Assembly (NCBI GenBank): GCA_034520945.1 | Contig: JAXHNB010000006.1 | Span: 128,001 to 192,000 of the forward strand | Direction: 5' to 3' | Length of the DNA stretch: 64,000 nt | Source of the DNA: Trueperaceae bacterium | Lineage (GTDB): Bacteria; Deinococcota; Deinococci; Deinococcales; Trueperaceae | In this document: one piece after another, positions 19,324 to 29,249 of the stretch | Layout of the letters: the number at the start of each line of letters is the position of its first letter | How positions within the stretch are numbered: position 1 is the stretch's first letter | Notes under the pieces: generated by a model | Databases searched by the model: none | The model's input: the letters and a program-made list of their open reading frames with translations, nothing else | Told to the model about the DNA's origin: nothing | Position numbers and translations under genes: made by a program

Positions 19324-19919
19324 TCGCCTTCGTGGAGGGCGTTGTGGACGAGGTGCGCGACGCCTCGGTGGTGGTGCGCGCCGGCGCATGGGGGGTCGAG
19401 GTGGCCGCCCCCACGGGAAGCCTGGCCCAGTGCCGCGTGGGGGAGGTGACCCGCCTGCACACGCATTTGGTGCTGCGCGAGGACGGGGCGGTGCTGTACG
19501 GGTTTCACGATCCCGACCTGTTGACGTTGTTCCGCCTGATGCTGGGCGTCAGCGGCGTGGGTCCCAAGCTGGCGCTGGCGGTCCTGTCGCACCTGCCGGT
19601 GCAGGTCATTGCACGCGCCGTCCAGGACGACGATCCGGCATTGCTGTCCTCCGCGCCGGGGGTCGGCAAGCGGACGGCGGAACGCCTGATCCTGGAGTTG
19701 AACACCCGCCTGCCGGACGGGCTGGTCGCGCCCGCGGCGCGGCCGGCCGGCACAGCGGGGTCGGCGCTGGGGGACGAGGGCCGCGACGCGGTGGACGCGC
19801 TGGTGGCGCTCGGGTACCGCGAGGCCAGCGTCAAGGGCGCCATCTCCGAGCTGACGGGGGAGACGCCGGACGCCAGCGCCGAGACGCTGATCCGGCAGGC
19901 GTTGGCGAAGCTGCGCTGA
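19320..19919 (+). CDS. ruvA: Holliday junction branch migration protein RuvA
   Basis: MIAFVEG, LREDGAVLYGF, VSGVGPKLA, PGVGKRTAERLILEL and DAVDALVALGY motifs. Confidence 0.96.
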   Translation: MIAFVEGVVDEVRDASVVVRAGAWGVEVAAPTGSLAQCRVGEVTRLHTHLVLREDGAVLYGFHDPDLLTLFRLMLGVSGVGPKLALAVLSHLPVQVIARAVQDDDPALLSSAPGVGKRTAERLILELNTRLPDGLVAPAARPAGTAGSALGDEGRDAVDALVALGYREASVKGAISELTGETPDASAETLIRQALAKLR

Positions 19920-19960
19920 GCGCGGCGGGCCGCGGGGAACCCGCGCGCCCGCGCGCCCGC

Positions 19961-21070
19961 TCAGCCGCCCAGCGCCTCGGCGGGCGGCACCACCGGCAGC
20001 CCGAAGGTGTCCCCCACCCCCTGGTGGGTCAGGCGGCCCGCGTGGGCGTTCAGGCCCCGCAGGAACCCTTCCTGTGCGCGCAACGCGTCCAAGCCGCCGT
20101 CGGCCAGCCGTTGCGCGTAGGGGAGCGTCTGGTAGCTGAGCGCGCGCGTGCTGGTGTTGGGGACGGCGCCGGGCATGTTGGCCACGCCGTAGTGCACCAC
20201 CCCGTCCACCACGTAGGTCGGCTGGTCGTGGGTGGTGGCGCGGATGGTCTCGACGCAGCCGCCCTGGTCGACCGCCACGTCCACGATGACGCTTCCGGGC
20301 CGCATGTCGCCCAGCATCTCCCGCGTCACCAAGCGTGGCGCCCGCGCCCCCGGGATCAGCACCGCGCCGACCAGCACGTCGGCGCGCACGGTGGCGGCCG
20401 CCACCGTGCCGACGTTGCTCATCAAGGTCTGCACCCGGCCGCCGAAGACGTCGTCCAGGTACTGCAGGCGCCCGTGGTCCACATCGAGGACCGTCACGCG
20501 GGCCCCCAGCCCCAACGCCATCTTGGCGGCGTTGGTGCCGACCACGCCGCCGCCCAGGATCACCACCTCGCCGGCCTCCACGCCGGGCACGCCGCCCAGC
20601 AGGACGCCGCGCCCGCCCAGGAAGCGCTCCAGGTGGTAAGCGCCCACCTGCGGCGCCATGCGGCCCGCCACCTCGCTCATCGGCGTCAACAGGGGGAGGC
20701 CGCCGGGCCCCTCCACCGTCTCGTAGGCCACGGCGGTGGTGCCGGCCTCCAGCAGCGCCTCGGTCAGCGTTCGGTCGGCGGCGAGGTGCAGGAAGGTGAA
20801 CAGGACCTGGCCGGCCCGGAGGTGCCGGTACTCGCCAGCCAGCGGCTCCTTGACCTTCAGCACCAGCGTGGCCGCCCACGCCTCCTCGGCGCTGTCGACC
20901 ACGGTGGCGCCGGCCTGCGCGTAGGCGTCGTCCGTGAACCCGCTACCCTCGCCGGCCCCGCGCTGGACGTGCACGTCGTGCCCGGCGACGATCAGGCTGC
21001 GAACGGCCGCGGGGGTGGCGGCCACGCGGTACTCGTGTCGTTTGGTCTCAGTGGGGATGCCGATCTGCAT
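19961..21070 (-). CDS. ald: Alanine dehydrogenase
   Basis: [38 protein letters not shown] and VANMPGAVP motifs. Confidence 0.97.
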   Translation of the reverse strand: MQIGIPTETKRHEYRVAATPAAVRSLIVAGHDVHVQRGAGEGSGFTDDAYAQAGATVVDSAEEAWAATLVLKVKEPLAGEYRHLRAGQVLFTFLHLAADRTLTEALLEAGTTAVAYETVEGPGGLPLLTPMSEVAGRMAPQVGAYHLERFLGGRGVLLGGVPGVEAGEVVILGGGVVGTNAAKMALGLGARVTVLDVDHGRLQYLDDVFGGRVQTLMSNVGTVAAATVRADVLVGAVLIPGARAPRLVTREMLGDMRPGSVIVDVAVDQGGCVETIRATTHDQPTYVVDGVVHYGVANMPGAVPNTSTRALSYQTLPYAQRLADGGLDALRAQEGFLRGLNAHAGRLTHQGVGDTFGLPVVPPAEALGG

Positions 21071-21167
21071 GCGTCGGAACTCCTGTGCCGCGGGGCGCGT
21101 GGGGGGCTCGTGCGGGGCGTGGTCACAGTGTATTGCATGCAGCGCCGTACGCCGTGAATCCTTGCGT

Positions 21168-22112
21168 TCAGGCGGGCCATACGCGCCGCAGGCGCATCCG
21201 CTCCGGTTCCAGGTCGCACACCGCCACCAGCCGCCCGTCCGGATCGGTGAGGCCGACGGTGCCGTGCCCCGGCAGCGCCGCGCGCGGCAGGCGCTGCCCC
21301 TGCCGCACCCGCGCCACCTGCTCCGCGCTGAGCGGCAGCGTCGGGTACGGCAGCGCCTCCGCCTCCGGCACGCCCGCCGCCTCGGCCAGCGCCTCGACCG
21401 GCACCGCGCTGGCCAGGTCGACGGCGCCGACGCGGGTCCGCACCAACCCGGCCAGGTGGGCGGGCACGCCCACGGCCCGGCCCAGGTCGCGGGCGAACGC
21501 CCGCAGGTAGGTTCCGGCCCGCACCTCCACGCGGAACACCGCCGTGGGCAATGCCGACAGCGGCGGCGGGAGGGGCAGGGGGCGGCCGTCCTCGAGGGGG
21601 CGCCAGCCCTCCGGAGCGGGCCCGAAGCATGGCGGCAGCGACGCGCGGGGTCCGAACGCCAGCAGGTCGACCTCGTGGTAGCCGGCGGGCCGGGGGGGAA
21701 GGCCGCCCGCTTCGCCGCGGCGGGCCTTGCGGTACGCGGCCTCGCCCCCCTCCTTGACGGCGCTGAACGCGGGCGGGACCTGTTGGTGCACGTCCAGGAA
21801 CGCAGCGGCGGCCGATCGGACCTGCGCGGCGTCCAGCGCGCCGGCCTCGCCCCGTTCCGTCACCGGCCCCTCCGCGTCGAGGGTCGGCGTGGACGCGCCG
21901 AACGCCACCCAGGCTAGGTACCCCTTGTCCGCGCCGGACAGGAACGGCGACAGCTTGGTCGCCTCCCCGGCCAGCACCAACAGCAGGCCGGACGCCAGCG
22001 GGTCCAACGTGCCGGCATGCCCCACCCGCCGCGTGCCCAGCACGCGGCGCGCCGCCGCCACCACGTCGTGCGAGGTGGGGCCGAGGGACTTGTCCACGGC
22101 GTAGACGGGCAT
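21168..22112 (-). CDS. truB: tRNA pseudouridine(55) synthase
   Basis: DKSLGPTSHDVV, GHAGTLDPLASG (catalytic Asp) and AGTYLRAFARDLG motifs; TATGGT 7 nt before ATG. Confidence 0.95.
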   Translation of the reverse strand: MPVYAVDKSLGPTSHDVVAAARRVLGTRRVGHAGTLDPLASGLLLVLAGEATKLSPFLSGADKGYLAWVAFGASTPTLDAEGPVTERGEAGALDAAQVRSAAAAFLDVHQQVPPAFSAVKEGGEAAYRKARRGEAGGLPPRPAGYHEVDLLAFGPRASLPPCFGPAPEGWRPLEDGRPLPLPPPLSALPTAVFRVEVRAGTYLRAFARDLGRAVGVPAHLAGLVRTRVGAVDLASAVPVEALAEAAGVPEAEALPYPTLPLSAEQVARVRQGQRLPRAALPGHGTVGLTDPDGRLVAVCDLEPERMRLRRVWPA

Positions 22113-22175
22113 GGGCGCGACCATACCCTGTCGTGGCCCCGGGCCCGAACGGGCAGCATCGGAGATGATGGGGCC

Positions 22176-24953
22176 ATGATTCCCCGTTGGGCTCGGCTCG
22201 CCCCGCCGTCCACACGCACGATGCTCGCCGTGGTTCTGGCCGCGGTGCTGCTGGGCGTCGCCACCGCCGCGCCGCCCCGCCCCGCCCTCGGTGCCAACGA
22301 GGAGGGGCGGGCGGACGCCGGCTCGCATCCCGAAGGGGGACCGTGGTCCGTCCGTGCCGGCGGCGTTCGGGTGGTGGTGCCGGCCGAGGGGTGGCTGCCG
22401 TACGCCCGCGAGCTGGCCGGCACCTACCGGCGGGCCTCTGCAGTGGCGGCCGCGTTCTGGGACGTTCCGGCCCCCGAGGTGACCGTCGTCCTGGACGCGG
22501 CGGACGACGTGTTCAACGCCTTCGTCGATCCGGTGACCGGCCCGAGCGTGCACGTGCGCCTTCGCGGACCGATGGCGGGCGGCATCGGCATGGACGCGGT
22601 CGATCCCAGCTACCTGCTGGCGGTGCACGAGATGGTGCACGTCGTCCACTTCGCTTCGCGGCCCGGCAGCGCGCCCCTCGATACCGGCCTCGTGGGTGGG
22701 AGTCTGCCGTTCCCCCCGCCGGCGTGGCTGCTGGAGGGGGTGGCGGTGTGGGCCGAGAGCCGGCGGGTGCCCGGCGGCGGCGGGCGGTTGGACGACGCCG
22801 ATGCGCGGGGGGTGCTGCGACTTCTGGCCGCGGAGGGGAACTGGCCGTCGTTGGACGACGCGGCGCTGATCACGCACGACGCCTGGCCCGGCGGGCAGGT
22901 CCGCTACCTGCTCGGCGGCGCGTTCGTGGACCTCCTGATTCGCCGCGAGGGCCTGCCGGCCTTCCGCGACGCCGTCGCCGCGTTCGACGCGCAGCCGCCA
23001 TGGCTGGGGTTCGACGCGGCCTGGAGAAGGGTGACGGGCGGCGATCTGCAGGCGGCCTGGTCGGCGTTGCGGGCGGAGCTGGCCGCGGAAGCCGAGGCGT
23101 ACCCCGACACGGCGCCGGCGGCGTGGGCGTCCGGGGACGCCCCGGTGCGCGCGCCGGGTGGGGACCGCTTGGCGTGGCGGGACGGCGCCGCATTGCGGGT
23201 GGCCGCCTGGCCGACCGAGGGGCCGGAGGGGACGCTGGGGACGGAGGGGCGCTACGACCTCTCGGCGGTGCCGTCACGGCCGACATGGTGGGGCTCAGGG
23301 CGGTTGGCGTATGCGCGCCTGGATCCCCGACCGGGAGGGCGGTTGCGTGAACTCTTCGCCCTGGACCTGACCACCGGCGCCGAGCGGCGCCTGACCCGCG
23401 GTGCGCGCGCCTTCTTCCCCGCCGCGCTCCCCGGGGGCTGCCTGGCGTACGTGCGGCACGACGAGGCGCACGGCTCGGCCGTCGCCCGCTGGTGCGAGGG
23501 CGGAAGCGGCGCCGGCACGGTGGCGTGGCGTGCCCCCGCCGGCGTCCGGATCGCCGGGCTGGCGGCGTCGCCGCGCGGACGCGTGGCGCTGGTGCGGGTC
23601 CAGAACGGCGCATCCACGCTGGCCGAGCTGGTGGACCCGTGGGGCGCCCCGTCGCTCCGTCCCTTGCCGGCGCCGGGGGGCGCCCTGCGCGACCCGGTCT
23701 GGGACGGCGAGGACGCCCTTCTGGTACGCAGCGACCGCAGCGGCAGCTTCGAGAGTTGGCAGGTGCGGCTGAACGAGGGCACCTGGCAACGGCGCACCGC
23801 CACGCGCGGCGGCGTCACCGGCCACGACGCAGGCGTGGTGGCGGTGCGCCGCGTGGACGGGCCGCAGCTGGTGCCCCGGCCGGAGCCCGACCCGGACCTT
23901 CCCGGCGGCGGCACGGATCGAGGCGCACCGGCGGACGTGCCGCGGGCGTCCGCGCTGCCGCCGGACGCCCCCGACCTCGACGTCGCGCCGTCGGACGCCG
24001 AGATGGTGACGGCGCCGTACCGGCCCACGGCGGCGCTGCGACCCATCGGGTGGCTCCCGTCGGGGCCGCCGTCGGGTCGTGGCTTCGGCGTGACGGGCTG
24101 GGCGACGGAGCCGACCGGCCGGCTGGCGCTGAGGGGCACGCTCGGGGTCGTGCCGGGCCCAGGCGGGCCGCTCGGCCCCGCCTACGCGGCGCTGGAGGCG
24201 CGCCTGGGGGACGCGGCGCCGGTCGCCACGCCGGCCCGCCCCGCCCCGTTCCGGGCGCGCCTTCGGCTGGGCGTGCTCCCGTACGCGCCGCACCTGGGCA
24301 CCCCGACCGGGCCGGTCCCTCGCCTGGACGCGTCGTTCGCGCCGGTATTGCAGCGAGCGCCGACCGTGCGCGCGCGCCTGGAGGGCGGCATGCTGCGGCT
24401 GCCGGACGGTCGCGTGCGCGTGCGGGCCGCGGCGCGCCTGGCCGCCAGCTCGGGCCGCGTGGACGCGTGGGGCGTGCCGGTGGCGGGCTGGTCGACCGCC
24501 GCGTCGGTGCGGGCCGATCCGATTCCGGCGGGCGGAACCTCGGCGGGTGCGTGGTTGGACGCGGCGGGCTGGCACGGCACGGCCCTGCCGGGACGTCCGG
24601 TGGCGTCGGCGTCGCTGCGGGCGGGCTGGCGACCGCCCGCCCCGGCGCCGCGGGGCGCGTGGGGCGACGTGGCCGGCACGATTCGGGCGTCGCTCCGTTG
24701 GACCGTGCCGGTGCGGGCCCGCTGGGGCGGGGCGCGCCTGGCGCTGGAGCGGGTTCGCCTGGAGCCCGGGGTGCGCCTTCAGGTGGCGGCCGGCGATCCG
24801 TGGCGGGCGTCGTGGGGGCTCGAGGCGCTCGTCGCGGCCGACGGCGTGGTGGGCTACCTCGCGCCGGCGTCGCTGGCCGTCCGGGCGGGGTTGACGGGCG
24901 GGCGTGCCGGCGTGGGGGCCTGGGCGTCGTTGGGTCTGCCGCTGCTACGGTGA
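22176..24953 (+). CDS. Large secreted protein: zincin HExxH domain + TolB-like propeller + beta-strand-rich C-terminus
   Basis: Signal-like MLAVVLAAVLLGVATA; VHEMVHVVH...PAWLLEGVAVWAES; propeller-type motifs RRLTRGARAFFPA and DPVWDG...RSDRSG. Start is uncertain (22176 or 22221). Confidence 0.65.
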   Translation: MIPRWARLAPPSTRTMLAVVLAAVLLGVATAAPPRPALGANEEGRADAGSHPEGGPWSVRAGGVRVVVPAEGWLPYARELAGTYRRASAVAAAFWDVPAPEVTVVLDAADDVFNAFVDPVTGPSVHVRLRGPMAGGIGMDAVDPSYLLAVHEMVHVVHFASRPGSAPLDTGLVGGSLPFPPPAWLLEGVAVWAESRRVPGGGGRLDDADARGVLRLLAAEGNWPSLDDAALITHDAWPGGQVRYLLGGAFVDLLIRREGLPAFRDAVAAFDAQPPWLGFDAAWRRVTGGDLQAAWSALRAELAAEAEAYPDTAPAAWASGDAPVRAPGGDRLAWRDGAALRVAAWPTEGPEGTLGTEGRYDLSAVPSRPTWWGSGRLAYARLDPRPGGRLRELFALDLTTGAERRLTRGARAFFPAALPGGCLAYVRHDEAHGSAVARWCEGGSGAGTVAWRAPAGVRIAGLAASPRGRVALVRVQNGASTLAELVDPWGAPSLRPLPAPGGALRDPVWDGEDALLVRSDRSGSFESWQVRLNEGTWQRRTATRGGVTGHDAGVVAVRRVDGPQLVPRPEPDPDLPGGGTDRGAPADVPRASALPPDAPDLDVAPSDAEMVTAPYRPTAALRPIGWLPSGPPSGRGFGVTGWATEPTGRLALRGTLGVVPGPGGPLGPAYAALEARLGDAAPVATPARPAPFRARLRLGVLPYAPHLGTPTGPVPRLDASFAPVLQRAPTVRARLEGGMLRLPDGRVRVRAAARLAASSGRVDAWGVPVAGWSTAASVRADPIPAGGTSAGAWLDAAGWHGTALPGRPVASASLRAGWRPPAPAPRGAWGDVAGTIRASLRWTVPVRARWGGARLALERVRLEPGVRLQVAAGDPWRASWGLEALVAADGVVGYLAPASLAVRAGLTGGRAGVGAWASLGLPLLR

Positions 24954-25013
24954 GCGCGTTGGCGGGTTCGCCCGGCCTCGTGGCGGGCGCGGCGCGCTGC
25001 TAGCATGGCAGGG

Positions 25014-27267
25014 ATGGCGTCCGTCGCGCAGTCGTCGCTGTTCCAGGCCGAAGGCGAGCCGCTCGCGGCGCGCATGCGGCCGCGCACGCTGGAGGAGTTC
25101 ATCGGCCAGGACCACATCCTGGGGCCGGGCCGGTTGTTGCGCCGGGCGATCCAGGCCGACCGGTTGTCCAGCGTGATCTTCCACGGCCCGCCGGGGACCG
25201 GCAAGACCACCCTGGCGCGGGTCGTCGCGGGGTCGACGCGGGCGGAGTTCATTGCGCTGAACGCGGTGCTGTCCGGCGTGAAGGACGTCCGCGAGGCCGT
25301 GGCGGCCGCCGCGGAGCGCCAGCGACGTGGGGGCCGGACGCTGCTGTTCGTCGACGAGGTCCATCGCTTCAACAAGGCCCAGCAGGACGCCCTGCTCCCC
25401 TCGGTCGAGGCGGGGGTGGTGACCTTCATCGGTGCGACCACCGAGAACCCGTTCTTCGAGGTGAACAAGGCGCTGGTGTCTCGCAGCCGCGTGTTCCAGT
25501 TGGTGCCTTTGGAGCAAGGCGATCTGCGGCGCGTGGCGGAGGCGGCGCTGCGCGATCCGGAGCGTGGCTTCGGGCGCATCTCGGTGGCGGTGGACGAGGA
25601 GGCGCTGGCGCACCTGGCGGAGGTCGCCAACGGCGACGCCCGCTCGTTGTTGAACGCGTTGGAGCTGGCCGTCGCCACCACCGAGCCGGATGAGGCGGGC
25701 GTGGTGCGGGTGGACCGGCCCACCGCCGAGGCGTCGATCCAGCGGCGGGCCGTGCTGTACGACAAGGAGGGCGACGCGCACTTCGACGTGATCAGCGCCT
25801 TCATCAAGAGCGTGCGTGGTTCGGACCCGGACGCGGCGCTGTACTGGCTGGCGAAGATGGTCTACGCCGGGGAGGACCCCCGCTTCGTGTTGCGGCGGTT
25901 GCGCATCCTGGCGGCCGAGGACGTGGGGTTGGCCGACCCCCACGCGCTGGTCCACACCGAGGCGGCGGCGCAGGCGTTCGAGGCGGTGGGCATGCCGGAG
26001 GGACGCTTCCACCTGGCGCAGGCGACGCTGTACCTGGCCAACGCGCCGAAGTCGAACAGTACCCTGGCCTTCTTCGACGCCCTGGCGGCGGTCGAGAACG
26101 AGACCGACGCCGGCGTGCCGTCGCACCTCAAGGACGCCAACCGCGACGCGAAAGGCTTCGGGCACGGCCAGGGCTACCTCTACCCCCACGCCTACCGGGA
26201 TCACTGGGTGGCGCAGCAGTACCTCCCGGACGCGTTGCAGGGACGCATGTTCTACCGCCCCACGGAGCGCGGGGCGGAGGCGGCGGTGCGGGAGGCGGTG
26301 GCGCGCCGGCGCGAAGCGCAGCTGGCCGCCATGCTGGACGATGACGCGCAGGCGCCGCCCGAGATCCTGTCGGTGGCGCCGGACGACGCGGCGCGGGACC
26401 GGTGGGCGGCGCGTACCGCTTCGGGCCGGGGGGAGCGGCTGGGCGCACTGCGGGAGGCGGTCTTCGCGCGCCTGGCGCCCGCGAGGCACCACCGCGTGCT
26501 GGACCTGTCGGCCGGGAGCGGCCTGTTCGTGTTCGAGGCGTTGCGGCGCTGCCCCGAGGGGCAGGTGTGGGCGCGCGTGGACGACGCGCGGGCGGCGGAG
26601 GTGATCGAACGGGCAGGCGTCCGCCCTGCCCGAGCTGCAGCGTCCGGTGGTGCGGGTGGCGGCCGAGGCGGAGGCCCCGGCCGTGATCGAAGCGGCGTGG
26701 GCCGAGGCGGCGGGCGCGCCGGGATCGGTGCCGGCGTTCGACCGCATGGTGGCGCTGCGGTCGTTGGCCGTCCGTCACGGCGACGAGGCGTACCTGCGGG
26801 CGGTGCGGGGCCTGGCAGCGCCGGAGGGGGTGGCGGCGTTCGTCGATCCGCTGCCCGCCCAGGGAACGCGCCTGGTCGACGTGCTTCCCGCGGAGGGCGT
26901 GTCGTCCGAGGCGCGGGAGGCGGTGCGCGCGGCGGAGGAGGAGGCCTATCGCCACTCGGAGGACCCCCGCTTCCGCTTCGCGCCGGAGGCGGGCGTCGCG
27001 GCGCTGCGCGCGGCGGGCTGGGCGGTGCACCGGGCCGAGACGGTCGACCTGGAGGAGACGCGGGTCTTCCCGGCGCGGGCGTTGGACCGGTGGTTCGCGG
27101 CCGGCGCGCCGTTCCGGGAACGATTGGCGGCCCACGGGCTGGACGACGCCGGCGTGGCGGCGGTCGAGCGCCCCCTCCGCGCGGCGCTTCAGGAGCGCGA
27201 GGTGTCGTGGCGGACGCGGTGGTCCATCATCACGGCCGGACCCGCCGCCGACGACGAGGCGGACTGA
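25014..27267 (+). CDS. rarA: Replication-associated recombination protein A with C-terminal methyltransferase-like extension (frameshift at ~26612)
   Basis: PLAARMRPRTL, GPPGTGKTT, DEVHRFNKAQQD, GATTENP and SAFIKSVRGSDPDAALYWLA motifs. The frame continues in ORF 26647-27267 after removing one G from GGG at 26611-26613. Confidence 0.88.
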
Positions 27268-27303
27268 GCGCCGCGTTGGGCGCCATTGCGGCGCGTTTCT
27301 GTG

Positions 27304-27337
27304 CGTCGTCCCCCCTCCGTGCGAGGGGGGGACGACG
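27304..27337. terminator. GC-rich hairpin between convergent rarA and ugpE-like genes
   Basis: CGTCGTCCCCCCTC ... GAGGGGGGGACGACG inverted repeat with one unpaired G. Confidence 0.65.
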
Positions 27338-27341
27338 TTCG

Positions 27342-28232
27342 TCACTTGCTGTCGGACAGCGCGAAGCCGCGCATGAACTGCTCCTGCAGCAGCATGAACA
27401 CGATCAGCGGCGGGACCAGGCTGACGATCGCGCCGGCCATCACGTAGCCCCACTCGACCCCTTCGCCGGTGCCGATGATCAGGTTCAGGCCCACCTGCAC
27501 GACCTGGAACTCCTCGCGGCGGATGATGACCTTGGGCCACAGGTACTGGTTCCAGACGTAGACGAACTCGATCACGGCCAGTGCGCCGATGGTGTTCCAG
27601 CTCATCGGGATCAGCACGCGCTGCAGGAACTGCCAGGGCGTGGCTCCGTCGATGCGGGCGGCGTCGGCGAGGGTGGTCGGGATCGACATGAAGTGCTGCC
27701 GGAACAAGAAGGTGCCCGTGGCCGACGCCAGGAACGGAACGATCAACGCCCAGTAGGTGTTGGCCCAGCCGAAGCCGTACTGCGCCGGCTGGAACAGGAT
27801 CTTGTCCGGCCGCGAGATCCACGAGAAGAACGCCGACCACGTCTCGGGCGGCTGCAGGCTGATCACGTCGAACAACGGCACCACCAGCACCTGGATCGGC
27901 ATCATCAACGTCAACAGGATCAGGCCGAAGATCACCCGCTTGAACGGGAAACGGAAGTACACCAGCGCCATGCCGGCCATCAGCGACAGGGTGGTCTTGC
28001 CGACCGTGACCGCGATGGCCACGATGAACGAGTTGCGCATGAACACGATCAGGTTGGCGTTCAGGAACACGTTGCGAAGGTTCTCCATCAACGCCGGGCC
28101 GGGGATCAGGCTGGCGGAAAGGACCTCGCTGCGGATCTGCGTCGCCTTGATCAGCGCGAACACGATCGGAAACGCCACCACCACGCACGCCACGATCAGC
28201 ACCAGGTGAAGGATCAACGTGTTGCGGCGCAT
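27342..28232 (-). CDS. Carbohydrate ABC permease (UgpE-like)
   Basis: ASATGTFLFRQHF, ADAARIDGA (EAA loop) and WNQYLWP motifs. Confidence 0.88.
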   Translation of the reverse strand: MRRNTLILHLVLIVACVVVAFPIVFALIKATQIRSEVLSASLIPGPALMENLRNVFLNANLIVFMRNSFIVAIAVTVGKTTLSLMAGMALVYFRFPFKRVIFGLILLTLMMPIQVLVVPLFDVISLQPPETWSAFFSWISRPDKILFQPAQYGFGWANTYWALIVPFLASATGTFLFRQHFMSIPTTLADAARIDGATPWQFLQRVLIPMSWNTIGALAVIEFVYVWNQYLWPKVIIRREEFQVVQVGLNLIIGTGEGVEWGYVMAGAIVSLVPPLIVFMLLQEQFMRGFALSDSK

Positions 28233-29161
28233 CAGTTGTCTCCGTACTGCACGCGGCGTGCCCCGTAGCGGAACTGCAGCAGGGTAATGATGATGGTGAA
28301 CAATAGGATCACGTTCCCGAGCGTGGCGGCCAGGCCGGTGTTGCCGCTACCGCCGAAGCCGTCGACCGTCACCTGGTAGATCATGGTGGTGGTGATGCCG
28401 GCTTCGTCGAACGGCCGCGGACCGATGGGGCCGCCCCGCGTGACGATGTCGATCAGGCCGTACGACTCGAAGAACGCGAACGTAAGATTGGTGAACAGCA
28501 GGAAGAACGTCATCGGGGACAGCATCGGCACGGTGATGCGGAGGAAGCGTTGCACCGGGGTCGCGCCGTCGATGGCGGCGGCTTCGCCGAGCTCCTTGGG
28601 CACGTTTTGGAGTGCGGCCAGGTAGAACACGATGTTGTAGCCCAGGTTCTTCCAGACCGACGCCACCACGACCAGTCCGAACGCGAGAACCGGCGTGTCC
28701 AGCCAGCGTGGGCGCACCCCGAACCAGTCGCCCAGCACCTGGTTCACGCTGCCGATCTCCGGATTGAACATGAACAGGAAGATGGTGCCGGCGATGGCGG
28801 GCGACAGCGCGAACGGCCAGATCAGCAGCAGGCGGTAGATCCGCGCGCCCCGCACGTCCTGGCTGGCCAGGGTCGCCAGCACGATCGAGATCGACAGGCC
28901 CACCGCGATGACCAGGAAGCCGTACAGGAACGTCTGGCCGACCACCTGCAAATACGTCGACGCGAGCTCGCCCGCGAACATGAACTGGTAGTTCTCGAAC
29001 CCGACGAACTGGCGCGTGTTCAGGAACAGATTGGAGCGGTGCAACGACAGCACCCAAGCCTGGATCGCGGGATAGTACAGGAATACCAGCAGGATGACGA
29101 ACGACGGCATCAGCAGCAGCCACGGCAGGAACCGGCTCTTGAATACGGCGTTGTCCTTCAT
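28232..29161 (-). CDS. Carbohydrate ABC permease (UgpA-like)
   Basis: FVGFENY, WKNLGYNIVFYLAALQ, EAAAIDGA and LSPMTFFL motifs. Confidence 0.88.
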   Translation of the reverse strand: MKDNAVFKSRFLPWLLLMPSFVILLVFLYYPAIQAWVLSLHRSNLFLNTRQFVGFENYQFMFAGELASTYLQVVGQTFLYGFLVIAVGLSISIVLATLASQDVRGARIYRLLLIWPFALSPAIAGTIFLFMFNPEIGSVNQVLGDWFGVRPRWLDTPVLAFGLVVVASVWKNLGYNIVFYLAALQNVPKELGEAAAIDGATPVQRFLRITVPMLSPMTFFLLFTNLTFAFFESYGLIDIVTRGGPIGPRPFDEAGITTTMIYQVTVDGFGGSGNTGLAATLGNVILLFTIIITLLQFRYGARRVQYGDN

Positions 29162-29193
29162 GCAGCCCTTCGAACTCCCTTCGACACCTCAAA

Positions 29194-29222
29194 GAAGGCG
29201 GGCCGGGGTCCGGCCCGCCTTC
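29194..29222 (-). terminator. Hairpin between the binding-protein and permease genes (terminator or mRNA stabiliser)
   Basis: Perfect 13-bp stem GAAGGCGGGCCGG/CCGGCCCGCCTTC with a 3-nt loop, followed by a short T run on the minus strand. Confidence 0.7.
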
Positions 29223-29249
29223 CCGTTCCCTCGGGCGTGGGCCGAAGGG

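Noticed and set aside
25005..28268. 1087-aa RarA ORF as a real giant protein
   Set aside because: After ~26612 it is out-of-frame read-through, running antisense across the ugpE-like gene. The true coding frame ends at 27267.
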